Source: Paraspadella gotoi (taxonomy: Eukaryota; Animalia; Chaetognatha). From it: DNA of 64,000 bases. How positions within the stretch are numbered: position 1 is the first letter of the stretch; each line of letters starts with the position of its first letter. Shown one piece after another: positions 1 through 12,933 of the stretch. The stretch lies in NCBI GenBank assembly GCA_051294375.1, contig JBJCIZ010000282.1, forward strand, positions 523,079 through 587,078. Direction: 5' to 3'. A model generated the notes under the pieces. That model ran no database searches. It saw nothing but the letters and a program-made list of their open reading frames with translations, and had not been told where the DNA came from. The position numbers and the translations under genes are program-made.

Positions 1-908
1 ATCCACTCGTTCAATTCTACCGAGTTTCCATTCATCTCTCAGTAAATTTTCATCAACAATTAAAACTAATTGTCCAATTCTAACATTCGGTTCAGTTTTC
101 TGCCATTTTTTTCTAGCTTGGAGAGTTAAAATATATTCGTCTCTCCATCTTTTCCAAAATTCGTCAACCAGACCTCGCGACTTTTTCCATTCTGACCTGA
201 GGTCATCACCTGACCATGACTCGGGTGGAATGACTACTGGTCGTGAACCAGTCTCTACGCCAGGATAGAGAATATCAGCGGGGCTAATTGCTATGAAATC
301 ATTCACATCATCGCTTTCTTGTGTAAGCGGTCTATTATTGAGAACGCCCTCTACATGTATTAGTACAGTGGTAAATGTTTCTAAAGTCAAATTTTCTTTT
401 TTCAAAACTGAGTCTANNNNNNNNNNNNNNNNNNNNNNNNNNNNNNNNNNNNNNNNNNNNNNNNNNNNNNNNNNNNNNNNNNNNNNNNNNNNNNNNNNNN
501 NNNNNNNNNNNNNNNNNNNNNNNNNNNNNNNTCCACCCCAATGGGGAGCATTAGGTGGTCCGAAAACCCATCCAAATCCATATTCTAACAAACGATTGCT
601 CATTTGTTCACTATTCCATTCATTTATCGCCTCTTGAATTTCGAGATTTGCTTTTCGAAAATTAGTTCCATTATCAGAGTAGAATTTTCGAGATCCCGGG
701 CGACGAGAATTGAATCTAATCAGAGCATTAATAAAAGACGAACTAGAAATATTGTCTAATACTTCAAAATGCACTCCTCTCATTTTCAAACATGTAAACA
801 ACGCAACCCATCGTTTATGTACGGCTCTCCCTGTGATTTTCACTTTGTAGGATCCGAACATATCGACTCCGGTTACTTCAAATGGTGCGCCGCGTTGGAG
901 TCGGTCTT
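1..908 (-). pseudogene. pol: BEL/Pao retrotransposon integrase core plus C-terminal DUF5641-type domain (partial, gap-interrupted)
   Basis: Manual minus-strand translation gives PFEVTGVDMFG..KRWVALFTCLKMRGVHFE..YSDNGTNF..PPNAPHWGG (532-908) and EGVLNNRPL..FWKRWRDEYILTLQARKKW..WKLGRI (1-416). These are hallmark BEL/Pao integrase motifs. The region is the reverse complement of 18385-19200. Confidence 0.93.
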
Positions 909-1008
909 NNNNNNNNNNNNNNNNNNNNNNNNNNNNNNNNNNNNNNNNNNNNNNNNNNNNNNNNNNNNNNNNNNNNNNNNNNNNNNNNNNNNNNNNNNNN
1001 NNNNNNNN

Positions 1009-1380
1009 TTGAGGGGTTGAGGAAAGATATTCATACATTCATTCATTCATTCATCGATTCATTCGTTCATTTGTTCGTTCGTTCATTCGTTCATTTGTTC
1101 GTTCGTTCATTCGTTCATAATGGGTTATCTTAGAATAGCTAAGATATCCGGCCAAATATTGTACGATTGTTTTTTATTGTTTGAATCTTCCTTGTTTGAA
1201 TAATATGTTGGGACGATTTATTTTTGTGTCTTGAGTTTTCTAGGTATTGTCTTTGTAGTTTTTTTTTTTTCTTGGTTGTTCTTGTTCAGTCTGTTGGTTC
1301 TTTTGTTTTTCTCTTTGTTTCTTGTTTCGTTTTTGTCTTATTGTTTCTTAGTTTTTCTTCTTTTCATAATATCGTTGGAT
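1009..1380. repeat. Second copy of the BEL/Pao 3' untranslated segment, with a (TTCA/TTCG)n microsatellite
   Basis: The start (ttgaggggttgag.aaagatattca) and end (ataatatcgttgga) match 7783-8148 in the same orientation. Confidence 0.75.
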
Positions 1381-1463
1381 NNNNNNNNNNNNNNNNNNNN
1401 NNNNNTCTACTCACTTCCAATAAGCAAACACCCAGCTTTCTTTTCCAGTTTTTTCTTTTTTTG

Positions 1464-1474
1464 AAAAAAAAACG

Positions 1475-1529
<55 letters not shown>
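1464..1529 (+). repeat. Poly(A) tract
   Basis: About 65 nt of nearly pure A. Confidence 0.9.
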
Positions 1530-1530
<1 letters not shown>

Positions 1531-4500
1531 ACGTCTTCAGTTCTTGAAAAAGTAAAACTGTTGTCGTCGTCTGTCATCCCGTCCGACGGAGATGCAAATA
1601 TTGAGGACCATGACTTTCACGTATATCCCTCCTGCAAGCAAAAATAAAGAAGAGAAAGAAAAAAAATGCTCTTTTATTTTGACTTATTGTCAAGTACAAC
1701 TTAATTATTAGTAAAATTGACTTTTTCGAATGTATCCTTAGATTCTATCTTATCTGTACATAAGTCTCAGTTCTTCTTTTTAGCAATTCTTTGATTTTTT
1801 TTTTAAAAAGTTATTTTTTCAACGTTTTTTCGGGGTCTTTTCTTTTTTTCTACTTCTACATGCTACACGAAAAGACTGTCATGTGTTTTCCTGTCATTAA
1901 TTTTTTAAAATTTTAATTGTATTTGACTTCTTCTTTGCCCGCATTTAAATGTTTAGAGGCGCATGTATGAATACGAAAATTCGTTGGAATAGCACAAAAT
2001 AAAAATTGCACTACTCCCACACCGAATGATTTGTTTCGTTTCCATCTCTAACAAAAAAAATGTTTAATTTAAAAAACATTAATTTAAAGTCTTTAAAAAA
2101 CTTACCTCGTGTCCCTCATCACATTTTTTTTTTTTAAAACCTCAATTCTTAGGCTAATAGTCATCATCGCCCCGACTCTTGGCTTTCTGCAATCTCTCCA
2201 AACACACAGCATTAGCAGATCAAACTCCGCGAATCAGAATCGGAGCGCCGCAGTGGCCGGCCGCCACCGCTGCGCCGCCAAATCCCGCCCTTCAACATCC
2301 TCGAAACATTACATTACGACCGTCAACACGGCAAACTCTCAAAAAAAAATATCGAAATCGAAAATCGGAAAAGGGAAAGAAGATCTTACGGAATGGAATT
2401 CTCAACTTTGACGCGAATGAGACATCGAGAGAAGTCAATCTGAAGAAAGCATGGAGGCGAACGGGGAAACTGGATCTGAATCAGAAATGTAACCAATCAA
2501 ATATGGGAAGACCGAAGTCGCTCCAACAGTACTGCAAATCAATCTGAGCGCAAGGTAATCAAATCTAAAGATTCCATCCGCTTCCACCCAACCGTTCGTA
2601 TTCAAAATACCATTTGATGACGCTAACTTATTTCAACAACTTTCTTCCACACCATGGAGTACGCGTGTGAAACCACCCAATCTTTTTTCCTTTCACAATC
2701 CCCAATGAGCTGCCCAAAACAATTTCTGAAGCCTCCGAACCTTGTCGACAATTCCAACATTGAGCACAATCAAAATTGGGATAAGCCGAGCGAGTATAAA
2801 CCGGTTGGCAAATTTTTAATCGTGTACTTAAATCTCCGACATTCTAACGCTTGCAGCAAAACCTCCTTACGAGGTCGGAGCAGTCTAAATCCAAAACCTA
2901 CTTTGAGAAAACCCAAATCCAATAATTCAATCAAATCAAATCAAGCAACAGAAAATTCGTAAAAAAAATCAACATCAATCACAGCCGAAAAGAGATCTGC
3001 TCCAGTATAAACAGTTAGTAACACCGTAATTTTCTCCAAATTTTAATTGAAACATAAAAAATTCCCACAAGTTGTTTGGAAAACTGAAAAAAAAAATTGT
3101 GCTATATTAATAAAAAATCATCCACCCAATATAACGAAACATAAAACTAAAAAACTGAATATTCAACATCACGCCCGTCTAAGATTTCAAATTAATCACC
3201 AGACTAATGAAAACCTCGGGAAAAATCCATCAATATTTTTAAAAAACTGAAAAAAAAAAAAACCGTCCCGTCAGTCTTTAAAAACGTAGCGAAATCTTAA
3301 AACAAACGAAACAACACGACAAAAAAGGAACAAAAGAAGAACACGACCAAAAAAATGAATGACGGCAAAAACTTAAGGGGACCCGCCTCGTCGCGATTAA
3401 AAAGTATCCAACCGAAACGGATGGAAATAGTTCTGTCACGGAAATAAGCTAACAAAACACAAAACAACATGGGGAAAACGGGAAAAGGAAAAGACAGCAG
3501 CTGTCGATGGACTTCAACGGGACTTAGTGAGAAGGGGTACTGAAGCCAGGCTTTAGTTTTTAGTTAAATAGAATTGAGAGGAGCTTACAAAAGAAGGATG
3601 TTAAAAAAGTGAATGAAGGAAAATGAGCAAGCGGAGTGGATAAAATATTTTGTCATTGCGGAAATTAGGAAAGAAAACCTGAACAACGGGGATAAACTAA
3701 GTTGTCATAGAAATTAAAAAGGAAAATGCTAAGGAAAAATATTTCACCAGGAAATAGCGCAAGGTGCGACAAACGAAAGAAAAATTATTACAAGGACGAT
3801 TAGAGCAAGAAAAAAGGACAAGGAAACAGCAAAAGGCAAATGATAAAGGAAATAGCAAAAATCAAAATAAGAGAAAAGCAAACGAATAAAATCAAAGGAA
3901 AAAAGAGATAAAAGAAAAAATGACAGATGATAAGAATAAGAAAAGCGAAACCCTCAAGAAAAAGCGGAAAATGAAAGATTCAAATAAAAAAAGGAAAAGG
4001 CGCCGCTCTGAAGAACCGGAAATCGACCTCGAGGAAGCAAGAAGAAGAGCGAAGCAGCGCGCCGCCGGGTTCAAATGCCGCCGCTCTTTTTTGCTAGCCG
4101 CTGCGAATCAGACTTTTTCTGCCCTCTTCGCGTCGAGTCAATTGAAACGGCGCCACTGAAGGTCTCGTTCTCTTTTGGACGCCCTACTGGCGCCGAACCT
4201 TTCACCTTCGGCATCGCGAGGCGGCGCCAACCTCTTCATCAACCGCCAGGTGCAGAGGAGGAAACAGATGCACGCTCACCAACGATAAGCAGACTCTGGC
4301 GTCGCGGCGGATGCCGCTCGTCTTCTCACAACGCCGTGAGTTTTGTTTATTTTGTTTATGTATAATGTATATTATTATTGTTATATTGTTGTTTTGATAA
4401 CCTTTGGTTTCTTTGTTATTTCAGTTTAGTTAGTTTTCTTTTTTAAAAAATATTTAATTTTAAATTAAAACAACTCTTACAACCATTTTTTTTTTGTGAC

Positions 4501-7057
4501 TTTTCCATTATGTTCCATTTTCTCAATTAAAACATTATTGCAGTTATTTCTTTATCTTATTTTTGTTTTCAAATCAAGTTATCTCATCATTCAATGTATC
4601 ATTTCGTTAAATCAAATTTTCATAATTGATGATATTTAATTTTCCTATTTGCAAACACCCCATGCCCCCGTCTCTACAGAAACTTACCAAAAACCAGTCC
4701 CACATCCAACCCTGATGCGCCATCTCGTTCTCGCCTCAACCAAAAATGGATCATCGCAGATTGGAGGCCCCTTACATATTCCTCAAACAATCCGGTCGAC
4801 GCCGATCGCGTCTACAATTGTGGAGGAACAATGTTTCCATATTACAGGACCAATTCGACGTCTTCTCCCCAGTGGGCAATGATGCCGTATCGTCGAAGGA
4901 GACGCCCGGCGAGGTGGGACGTGCATCACGGCCAGCGCCCACATCAAACTCGCTCGATGCCCGTGTGGATCGCTTGCGTCACTATGTCCCCACCGCATCA
5001 ACGGAGGAGGCGGAAGATGTCGTCAAGTTGTTTGTCTAAATTCAGTCGCAAGCGTCGATGTGTTTGGAACAGTGTGGGAGGTTGCACGTTCGTGAAAAGG
5101 TGCAGAGGATGTGGCATAGCGTACTTTGATTTTGAAAAATATTTACGTTTTTAAGTAAATAAAAGTATCAATAGAAGTAGCTTACGGGTAATTTATCATG
5201 TGTTAAATAAATTGATAATAATACGTATTCTATAAAGCGTAAAAAGTAAAATGATCCCTCTAAAAAACCTATATAGTGAACTCTAAAAAATGGAACATAG
5301 TAAAAATTCGTAAAAGACGAAAAATGATTTTAAATTGGTTTCCGATTTTAACCGAATTTCTGGCCAAATCAGATTTCAACATTTTTTCAACAATCGTGAA
5401 ACATATATTTAACTCTTCTTCCCTTCCCCACGGACCCAACCCTTCATGTACCTTTCACTCTACATTATCAGGCAAAGAACAAGAATGCCTGGCGCCTGTA
5501 CAAAATTCTAACCTTGGCATTGGAGAATTCGGATTGTCCGCTGGCTTTTGATTACGCACGGAAAACAGTTTTTGGCGAACTCTGAATTTCGACTGACCGG
5601 TGCGATCGTTCATGAGCGAACAGCACGCCCCACTGGCGCCGCCCAATTCTTACATCTTCGGCCTTCGAACTTCCCGCCGAAGGTGAGTGATTCTAGCGGG
5701 AGCTTGAAGTGGCAGTAGGATTGACTATGAGGGCTATATTATACTATAATACTATACTATCTATTGTTTGTCTAATGATAATTTACAACTTGATACGATG
5801 AAATGTCCTGATTCAAAACCAAATACGACATATATGCAAATGAGATGGATGAGTTCAATCTCTATTTTAAATCATAAAAGTCTTAAATTGATAGCTCGCG
5901 TGGCTTCCCACAGGTTGAACATATCTGGTATATTTAAAAATAAATTAACTAACTAAATTTTATATTTTGACTTCCGTTCTCCTTTTAATAAAGGGGCCGT
6001 GGCTCCTGGCATCTTCTCCGTTTGTCACGTCGCAACGTACGCCGGAGTTACGCCAAACTCCACTCATGCGCCCGCACGCACCGGCGCTCCTCATGAACAC
6101 TCATGTTCGGCTCAAGGCGTCTGCACCTCTGCGCGGCGCTGCACGACCCTGCGAAGATGCCGGCAGGCCGTCGCGGCGACTACCCGTTTTCGTCCGCGAA
6201 GTGGAATGCTCCTTTCAAGAGGTGCGAGCTTTTACATACCACAAACCCCGTCGTGGGTGTCCGTGGGTGTTATACTAAAGAAGTGTTGTTTGAACTGACA
6301 GTTTTGCCAAGTTTAATAATATATTGCTGTTTTGTTTTTAAACAGTTTTTGTATGACCGCTTCTGTTACTCAACTTACAGTTGTTTTGTATTTAACCATG
6401 TTAACATTAGTTTTGTAATTTTGACAATTTTACTTTGCGTTGTCCCATTCGTAACTCGTCGTCTTCTACTTCTACGTCTCAATAATCAAATTTCTTATAA
6501 TCTTGCATTGTTCAACATTTGCTAATTGTCTTCATTTAATTCTCATTTACACTTCAAAAGAAACAACAGCGTGCGCATCAGTTCTCAGAAATGAGGCTTC
6601 TTCTCTTCTCCTACACCAAAACAAAAAAAAATCGAACTCAAGTTGCTAACACTTTGGAAACAAAAAAGGAGAAAGCGAAGAGGTGTGCAGGTCCTGAACA
6701 TTAGAATTCTGCCTCAACTTTTGAGTCATCACATGCATGGAAGTGAGCAAAGTGAATGCGGGAGGAAGAGGAGGCAGAAAATAAAATGCGGAAAGAAATG
6801 AAAGAAGGGAGAAAATGGTGGTAAAGGCTTTAGATAACATAGATAAAAAAAGAGAATCAGAAAAAAAAAAGCCATTGCTGAAGAGCTGGTGGGATTAAGA
6901 AACAAATAGTTAAAGAAAATGATAAGGAAAGAAAAGATAAGAAAGAAAAATAAGTAAGATAAAAGAAAGTGAAACAGCTGCGACAAGGTCAGCGGGATAG
7001 TAAAGCTGTAAGGAGAAAGCGAAAAGATCAGAAGAAGAAGAACGCAGTAGAGACGAC

Positions 7058-7680
7058 TGTAGAGAAAGAAGCTGAGGCTCTCTACAGGCCTCTTGCAGGT
7101 GAGAATGGTCCACATGTTTCGGCAACTTATACTGACGAAAAGTATCCCAAAACGTTTCTGTAAAACTGAAGCTTCAAAAGTCGAAAAAGAAGAAATGCGG
7201 GAATAAATGTGAATAAATGTAATAAAATGTAGACAAAATCCGTAGAGAAAATCGAGATCAATCGAGATGAATCAATAAATCGTAGAGGAATCCAATAAAA
7301 TCGTAGTAGAATCTTCAGTAAAAGTAGTAGGACTTTGTAAGAAAGTAGTTGACAGGTCTAGAAGTGATCCAGTGAATCTAAATCTGTCTTGTTTGGTCTC
7401 TTCCAAGTAAAGTTTGGAGAGAGAGAGAGAGAAAAAGAGAGCGATTGAGGAGAGAAAAGAGAGAGAGGGAGAGAAAAGAGTGAGAAAGAGTCCGGTGTCA
7501 GTCTCTGTCCGGTCGATCGCGTCAATCGTCGATTGGATCAGATTCTGGCCGTCTCGCTCGGTCTCAGGCGCTTGTTCTCTTCACCCCGCCTCGGCTCTAG
7601 GGCTGCCTTAAGACCTAAGCAGACCGCCCTCTATGGCCGCGCAGAGACCGACGGTTTCATACGAATTCTAGCCTCCTACA
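7058..7680 (-). mobile_element. 3' LTR of the BEL/Pao family (about 620 bp)
   Basis: The minus strand starts TGTAGGAG and ends CTCTACA (terminal inverted TGTAG/CTACA). It is the reverse complement of the LTR copies ending at 12380, 32673 and 34825, and is preceded by a G-rich PPT. Confidence 0.8.
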
Positions 7681-7692
7681 ACCCCCATTTCA
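7681..7692 (-). promoter_or_regulatory. Polypurine tract (plus-strand primer)
   Basis: The minus strand reads (GA)AATGGGGGT immediately before the LTR-initial TGTAG. Confidence 0.65.
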
Positions 7693-8609
7693 ATCTTCCA
7701 TATCTTCTTATTCGTGAGATGGAGTTCCCTGATCTATCGTTTTGTTCTTTTTCGATGACATCTTGCGTTCCTGAATAGCTGTTTGAGGGGTTGAGAAAAG
7801 ATATTCAACATTCCATTCATTCGTTTCATCGATTCATTCGTTTCATTGCTCTGTCTGCTTTCATTCGTTTCATTGCTCGTTCGTTCCATTCTGTTCATTT
7901 GGTTATCTCTCAGCGTAAGATTAAACCGCCAAAATTTTTTGCGTTTATTTTGATTCTTTTAACGTTTTGATGTCGTTATCTTGTATGTATTATTAGATTT
8001 CATTGTCTTATGTCTAATGGTTATTTTCTTTTTTACGTTTCTGTTTATTTTTCTAGAGTTTGTTGTATCTCCTGTTTTCTATCTGTTATTGTCTTGTTTT
8101 CTTTGTCTCGTTGTTTCTTGATTTTCATTCTTTTATAATATCGTTGGAGTTGTATCTATTTGCGTTATTGTTAGAAGTTATTTCTTTTCTTTATACTGCC
8201 TTTATGCAATAACATTGTTTCATTCAGTCTATATAGTGTATGCATTTTTTCATCGTTTTCTTTTTGTTTTGTTCACATTCATGCTCATCGTCACGTTCAT
8301 TGGGCGGATGCGCGGTATTCATGAGGGGTAAAAAAAATTACAAATTATTATACACAAAATTCTTAATTTCATTATAGCTTTATAAGTTTATATTAAAAAG
8401 TTAATTCTTCAGTTTTAATTTCTATAGTCGAATCCTCTCATCATAGGAAAGGTAGAACAGGCTTTCTCTCCAGAGATCACTGGACACACGTACTGGGGCA
8501 TTCTAGGCAGGGCTTATAAATCTTTTTGGCTCGTTTGCGCGTGCGTTGCGCATCTTTTCCCGGCAAGTCCGCCAGCTTGCCGTTCACCCGCTTAGATCAT
8601 TCGTTACAC

Positions 8610-10375
8610 TCAATGCTCCAGAATGGACGCCTCCTCTTCTGAGCCAAGAATTACATCCAAGGTTTCCTCTCCTGGCTGAGGACCGAGCATCTCCTCCTCG
8701 TCTTCAATCGTCTGGTAGTCGTCGTCATTTTCGTCATCGGTAGGGTCGTCGATTCGATCATTCCAGTTTCTAATTTTTTGTTCTTGTTCTGGTTCTTTGT
8801 TTTGTTCTTGTCCTTTGTTTTGTTCTTGTCCTTTGTTTTGTTCTTCTTGTTCTCCTTGTTCTTCCTCCATGGTTTCGTTGCTCGGTTCCTCGCCGTGGAT
8901 GGTTACCGTTTCTCTCATTCGTTCTACGTTTTCCCGGATGTCGAGACTTCGGAAAACAGGTTCTTCGGGCGTCGCGCTGCCAAATTTGTAAGTCCTATTG
9001 TTCTCTTTGATTTCGTTTTGTATCTTTATAAGTTCTTTTACTCCTAATCGTTCAAAAACAGAGACTCGTTTCTTTTGTTGATCCTCGTTTGCTTTTAAAA
9101 TGCCGTCTACTTCTCCGGGTCGTAAACGTTGTCGTGTTCCAACGATTTTTTGAGCGCGTGATACCCGTTCCATTTGTTCTCTTGACTTCGGTCCGCCACG
9201 CCCACATCCGTTTCGGTTTCCGCGTGGAGGTGTATCAAACATGGATGGAAAGTCTCTCGTCCGGTTAACGAAGATTGTGCCTCCCCTTGAGCTGGCACCG
9301 CCGCGCCCTTGGGTGGCCCATACCCTGCCAACTCCTCTTTCCACGCTGGCTTGGCCGCGCGCAGAAGGGATGGCAAACTCATTCATTCTTCCATTTTTCA
9401 TACGCGAGAATTGGCTGGTTGCCGCCGACTTTCCCTTAACGCGAAGTTCGGGTTGGTCGACGGTTTCCGGCGCCATAATTCTCCGGCTGGTTGCCGCCGG
9501 TTTTCCCATGACGCGATGGTCGGGTCGACCGGCGGTTTCCGACGCGCATTCCGTTGGCTGGTTGCCGCCCGCTTTCCCATGACGCGATGTCGGGTCGGCC
9601 GGCGCGCATCCCTCTGGCTGGTTGCCGTCGGTTTTCCCATTACCGTAAGGTCGGGTTGACCGGCGGGTTCCGGCGCCAGAGCTCCGTTCCTGGTCTTCCA
9701 CTTTTGACGTCTGTCCAGTCTTCTTATATTTTTTGGTCTTGTTGTTGGTGATTCGAGTTGAGCGGTCGACGCGGTGGTAGTCGTTGAAGGATGGTTTGAT
9801 GGACGTATTGATGGTATAGTTTGTCTCATCGATGCCGTCGTAACCGCAGTCGCTCTCTCTGCCGCAGTCCGTATTTCCCTATGCGCTGCTGTCAATTCGC
9901 GGAGTTCTTTCAGCGCCTCTTTCAGATTCGGTCTCTCGTTCCTCATGAAGTCGTTGATGACCAGGTCCGGAGTCGAAGGTAAGGCAGATTTCCTCCCTTT
10001 GAAGCGAAACATGTCACATCCTAGTTGGGCGAATCTATAGCTCCCTCCATGCTTCTGCCACCAGCGATGAAGAAGCTCGCCAGGTTTCGCCGGAGCATCA
10101 AGTATAACGATGTCGATCATGTTTATGCACAGTTCTTTTAAGAGGTCGTCCAGTCCTTCCTTCGATTCGTTTTGGAGAAGGCCGTACATTGGTCGACTCG
10201 ACGCGAAGGACGCTTTCGCAATCCAGACTCGATGTCCATCGTTAAGGGTCGCCGTTAAGTAGAATTGGATGGCGACGGTCCTATTGCCGCCAACCATTCC
10301 GGCGCCGCCTCTGATGTCGACTTCGCGGCGAATTCCAATGTAAGAGTCGGCATGATCGATCTTTTCGTTCTCCAT
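8610..10375 (-). CDS. Uncharacterised accessory ORF in the 3' region of the BEL/Pao element (two overlapping frames, probably one protein)
   Basis: Overlapping open frames 9398-10474 (likely ATG at 10375, MENEKIDH) and 8610-9701. The N-terminal part (about 170 aa) looks globular. It is followed by repeats, an RG-rich segment, RVSVFERLG, QEQNKG repeats and an acidic tail. It lies about 900 bp upstream of the PPT/LTR on the same strand. Confidence 0.6.
9405..9685 (-). repeat. Four imperfect 60-73 bp coding tandem repeats (PxDQPDLRVMGKxAATSQ-like)
   Basis: ggctggttgccg recurs near 9413, 9485, 9556 and 9616. A single unit also occurs at about 34235-34300 (+). Confidence 0.85.
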
Positions 10376-10956
10376 TTTTTTTTTTTTTTTTTCTTGGTCG
10401 TGTGAGTAAAACTCGTGATTGTCAGAATATTGCCTGTGTAGGGATTGTGCCATACAATAAATTCGTTGAAGCATTCAGAGCAATTGTTTCTTTTATCACA
10501 CGGTACAATTATAAATAATTGTTCCATTCAATCGATCGTTCCTTGTTTTCATCGCAGTGATTCTTCAAGTTTCTTTTTTTTTTTTCTATTGATCGACAAT
10601 CACACTTCTTTTTATTTTACTCTTATTTATCTTTCATTTTCTCTTTTCTCTCTCTTCTCTCTTTCTTTCTCTATTTCTCCGCCTCGTTGCCTCATTACCT
10701 TGTTTCATTTTCTCGTTCTGCGCCTCCCTCCCTGATTATTTTCTTTTTTATTTTTTTTTCTTCTTGTTTTCCTTCTTCTTTCTTTTTTCTTCTCTTCTTT
10801 CTTCTTCTTTTTTGTTTCGGATTTTTTTTGCTAATCCTCTTTTTTTTTTTCAATTTTTTCCTTTTTTTAGTTTTATTCCTTCTCTTTCCTCCTTCTTTCC
10901 AACGATTTCCCTTTCCATTCCTCCTCTCCTTTTCTTTTTTATCGTTTTACGATGAT

Positions 10957-12380
10957 TGAGGAGGAATTCGGTTTTGTCGTTTTTCGACGGCCTCCGGTTT
11001 CTGACTCAGGAAAGAAAAAAGGCCGAGACCGACCGAGGTCGGCGTCGGCCAGATCTGATCCAACGACCGATTGACCGATCTCGGACCCGGACATGAATGG
11101 GGAGGAAGCGAGATGACATTGGCGTGTGACACAAGTAAGTGACTAGCGGCAGAAATAACCCTGAACAGATGTCGCCTACCGCCGGCGGCGCGGATCCGCA
11201 CGGCTGATCTGCTAGTCTGAACGACGGATGGTGAATAGGTTCGAGGAGAAAAGGGGATTGGAACTCGCCGGGCGACCCGCGGGGACAGAGGCAGAGTGTC
11301 GTCGTAACAGACGAGAGTCCGGCAATGAAGTGGAGGCTGACTGACTCCTACCCGTCGTTGACATCGTCCTGGGATCTCAATCCTAGTTGATTTCTCAACC
11401 GTGTCTGATCCTCGTAATTTCGCTCTATTTAGTAGTACCCACATTACCGCAGACAGGGTTACCACGCGCTGCTGTCCGACTCCCCTTATCTATGCGTTGT
11501 TCCAATCTTCCTCACTACTTTATCACCCCTCATATTCCACCCTTCTATCTCTTTTCGCTTCGACTTGTTGTTATTTCCGGACTCGGATCCGTATATTCCT
11601 CTTCACCCTCGCTGGGTTTCTCGGTCATCTCAAACCCAATCCTTTTGTCGATGATCTTCCAGCCAGTCTTTTGTCCCTTACACGTTACCTTTTCCCCCCG
11701 CAGTGCGGTGGTTGTAGTATCTTGTTAAGACGTTTGCCCGTACTTACGTTCCTGTCTCGGCATACGGTACTACTCTTCCTATTCTGCATTTTTTCGAATC
11801 ACCTCGGATAATGTATGTTTATCTGTAGGTTTTTGTGCATACGATATTTTTTTGGTTCCACCTTCTTGATTTGTGTGCTCTCATGCTAGATTGGAGAGCC
11901 CCGACTGCCTGTAGTTTCCTCACTCAAGTAATATACCTTTCTCCACTCTTTCTCTCCTCTCTCTCTTTCTCTCTCTTCTCTTTTCCTCTCCTCTCTTTTC
12001 CTCTCTCTCTCTCTCTCCAAACTTTACTTGGACGAGACCAGCAAACAAGACAGATCTAGATTCACTGGATCACTCTTAGACCCGACAACTACTTTCTTTT
12101 ACAAAGTTCCTACTACGTTTTATCTGAAGATTCTATACGATTTTATTTGATTCCTCTACGACAATGATTCATCATTCGAATTTCTCGTTTCAGATTTTAC
12201 GTCGATTTCTCTACGATTTTTCATACATTTTATTACATTTATCATTATTTCGCATTCATTTTTTCACGACTTTTGAGCTTCAGTTCAGAAGAAACGTTTT
12301 GGGCATACTTTTCGTCAGATAAGTTGCGACACAGTGGACAATCTCACCTTCAAGAGGCGTAGAAGCCAAGCTTCTCTACA
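10957..12380 (+). mobile_element. 5' LTR, interrupted by about 840 bp of unrelated sequence (about 11095-11935)
   Basis: The start tgaggaggaattcg resembles TGTAGGAGGCTAGAATTCG. Segments 11010-11090 and 11940-12380 match the other LTR copies. The LTR ends CTCTACA. Confidence 0.65.
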
Positions 12381-12933
12381 GTAAGAAAGTATACATCGCT
12401 TCGGAAAGGTGAGTTGGTTTCTTGTGATTGTTTTTTGGATTGAACTCAATTTGTTTTCGCAAGCTTGACAACGGAACCCTTTGAACCGAAACAATCAATT
12501 CCAAAAGGTGAGATCTGATCGATGATTGAATTGATATTGATTAATTGATTGATTGATTACTAATTGACGATTGATTATTGATTAATGTCATTGATTATTC
12601 GATTAGCTGATATTATGTACTGATTGACTTATTCGATGAATTATGATTGATTAATTGTTTATTGTTGTTTGGCTTTGGTGCCGTTCCTCTCTTCTGTTCC
12701 AGAAGTCTACTTAGGCAAGATATTTCAAATTCACTCATTTTTTAAAACGAAAAATTTTGTGATTCGAATTTCGTCTAAAGGAATTTTTAATATTTTACGA
12801 ATTGAAACCATTCCCGCCTAAGTAACTTTGCAATCTCGCATCTATATATCTGGATTGATTGATTGAACTTGCGAGACTTTGCCCTTTGCTCTCGACGTTT
12901 AATTGAAATTCTTGTTCTATTCATATTGAACGA

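Noticed and set aside
5600-5650. Integrase APHWGG-like motif (ARPHWRR)
   Set aside because: No flanking integrase motifs, so probably a chance match.
10687-10959. Phe/Leu-rich membrane-protein-like ORFs (also 1224-1547 and 6729-7115)
   Set aside because: These are low-complexity pyrimidine tracts.
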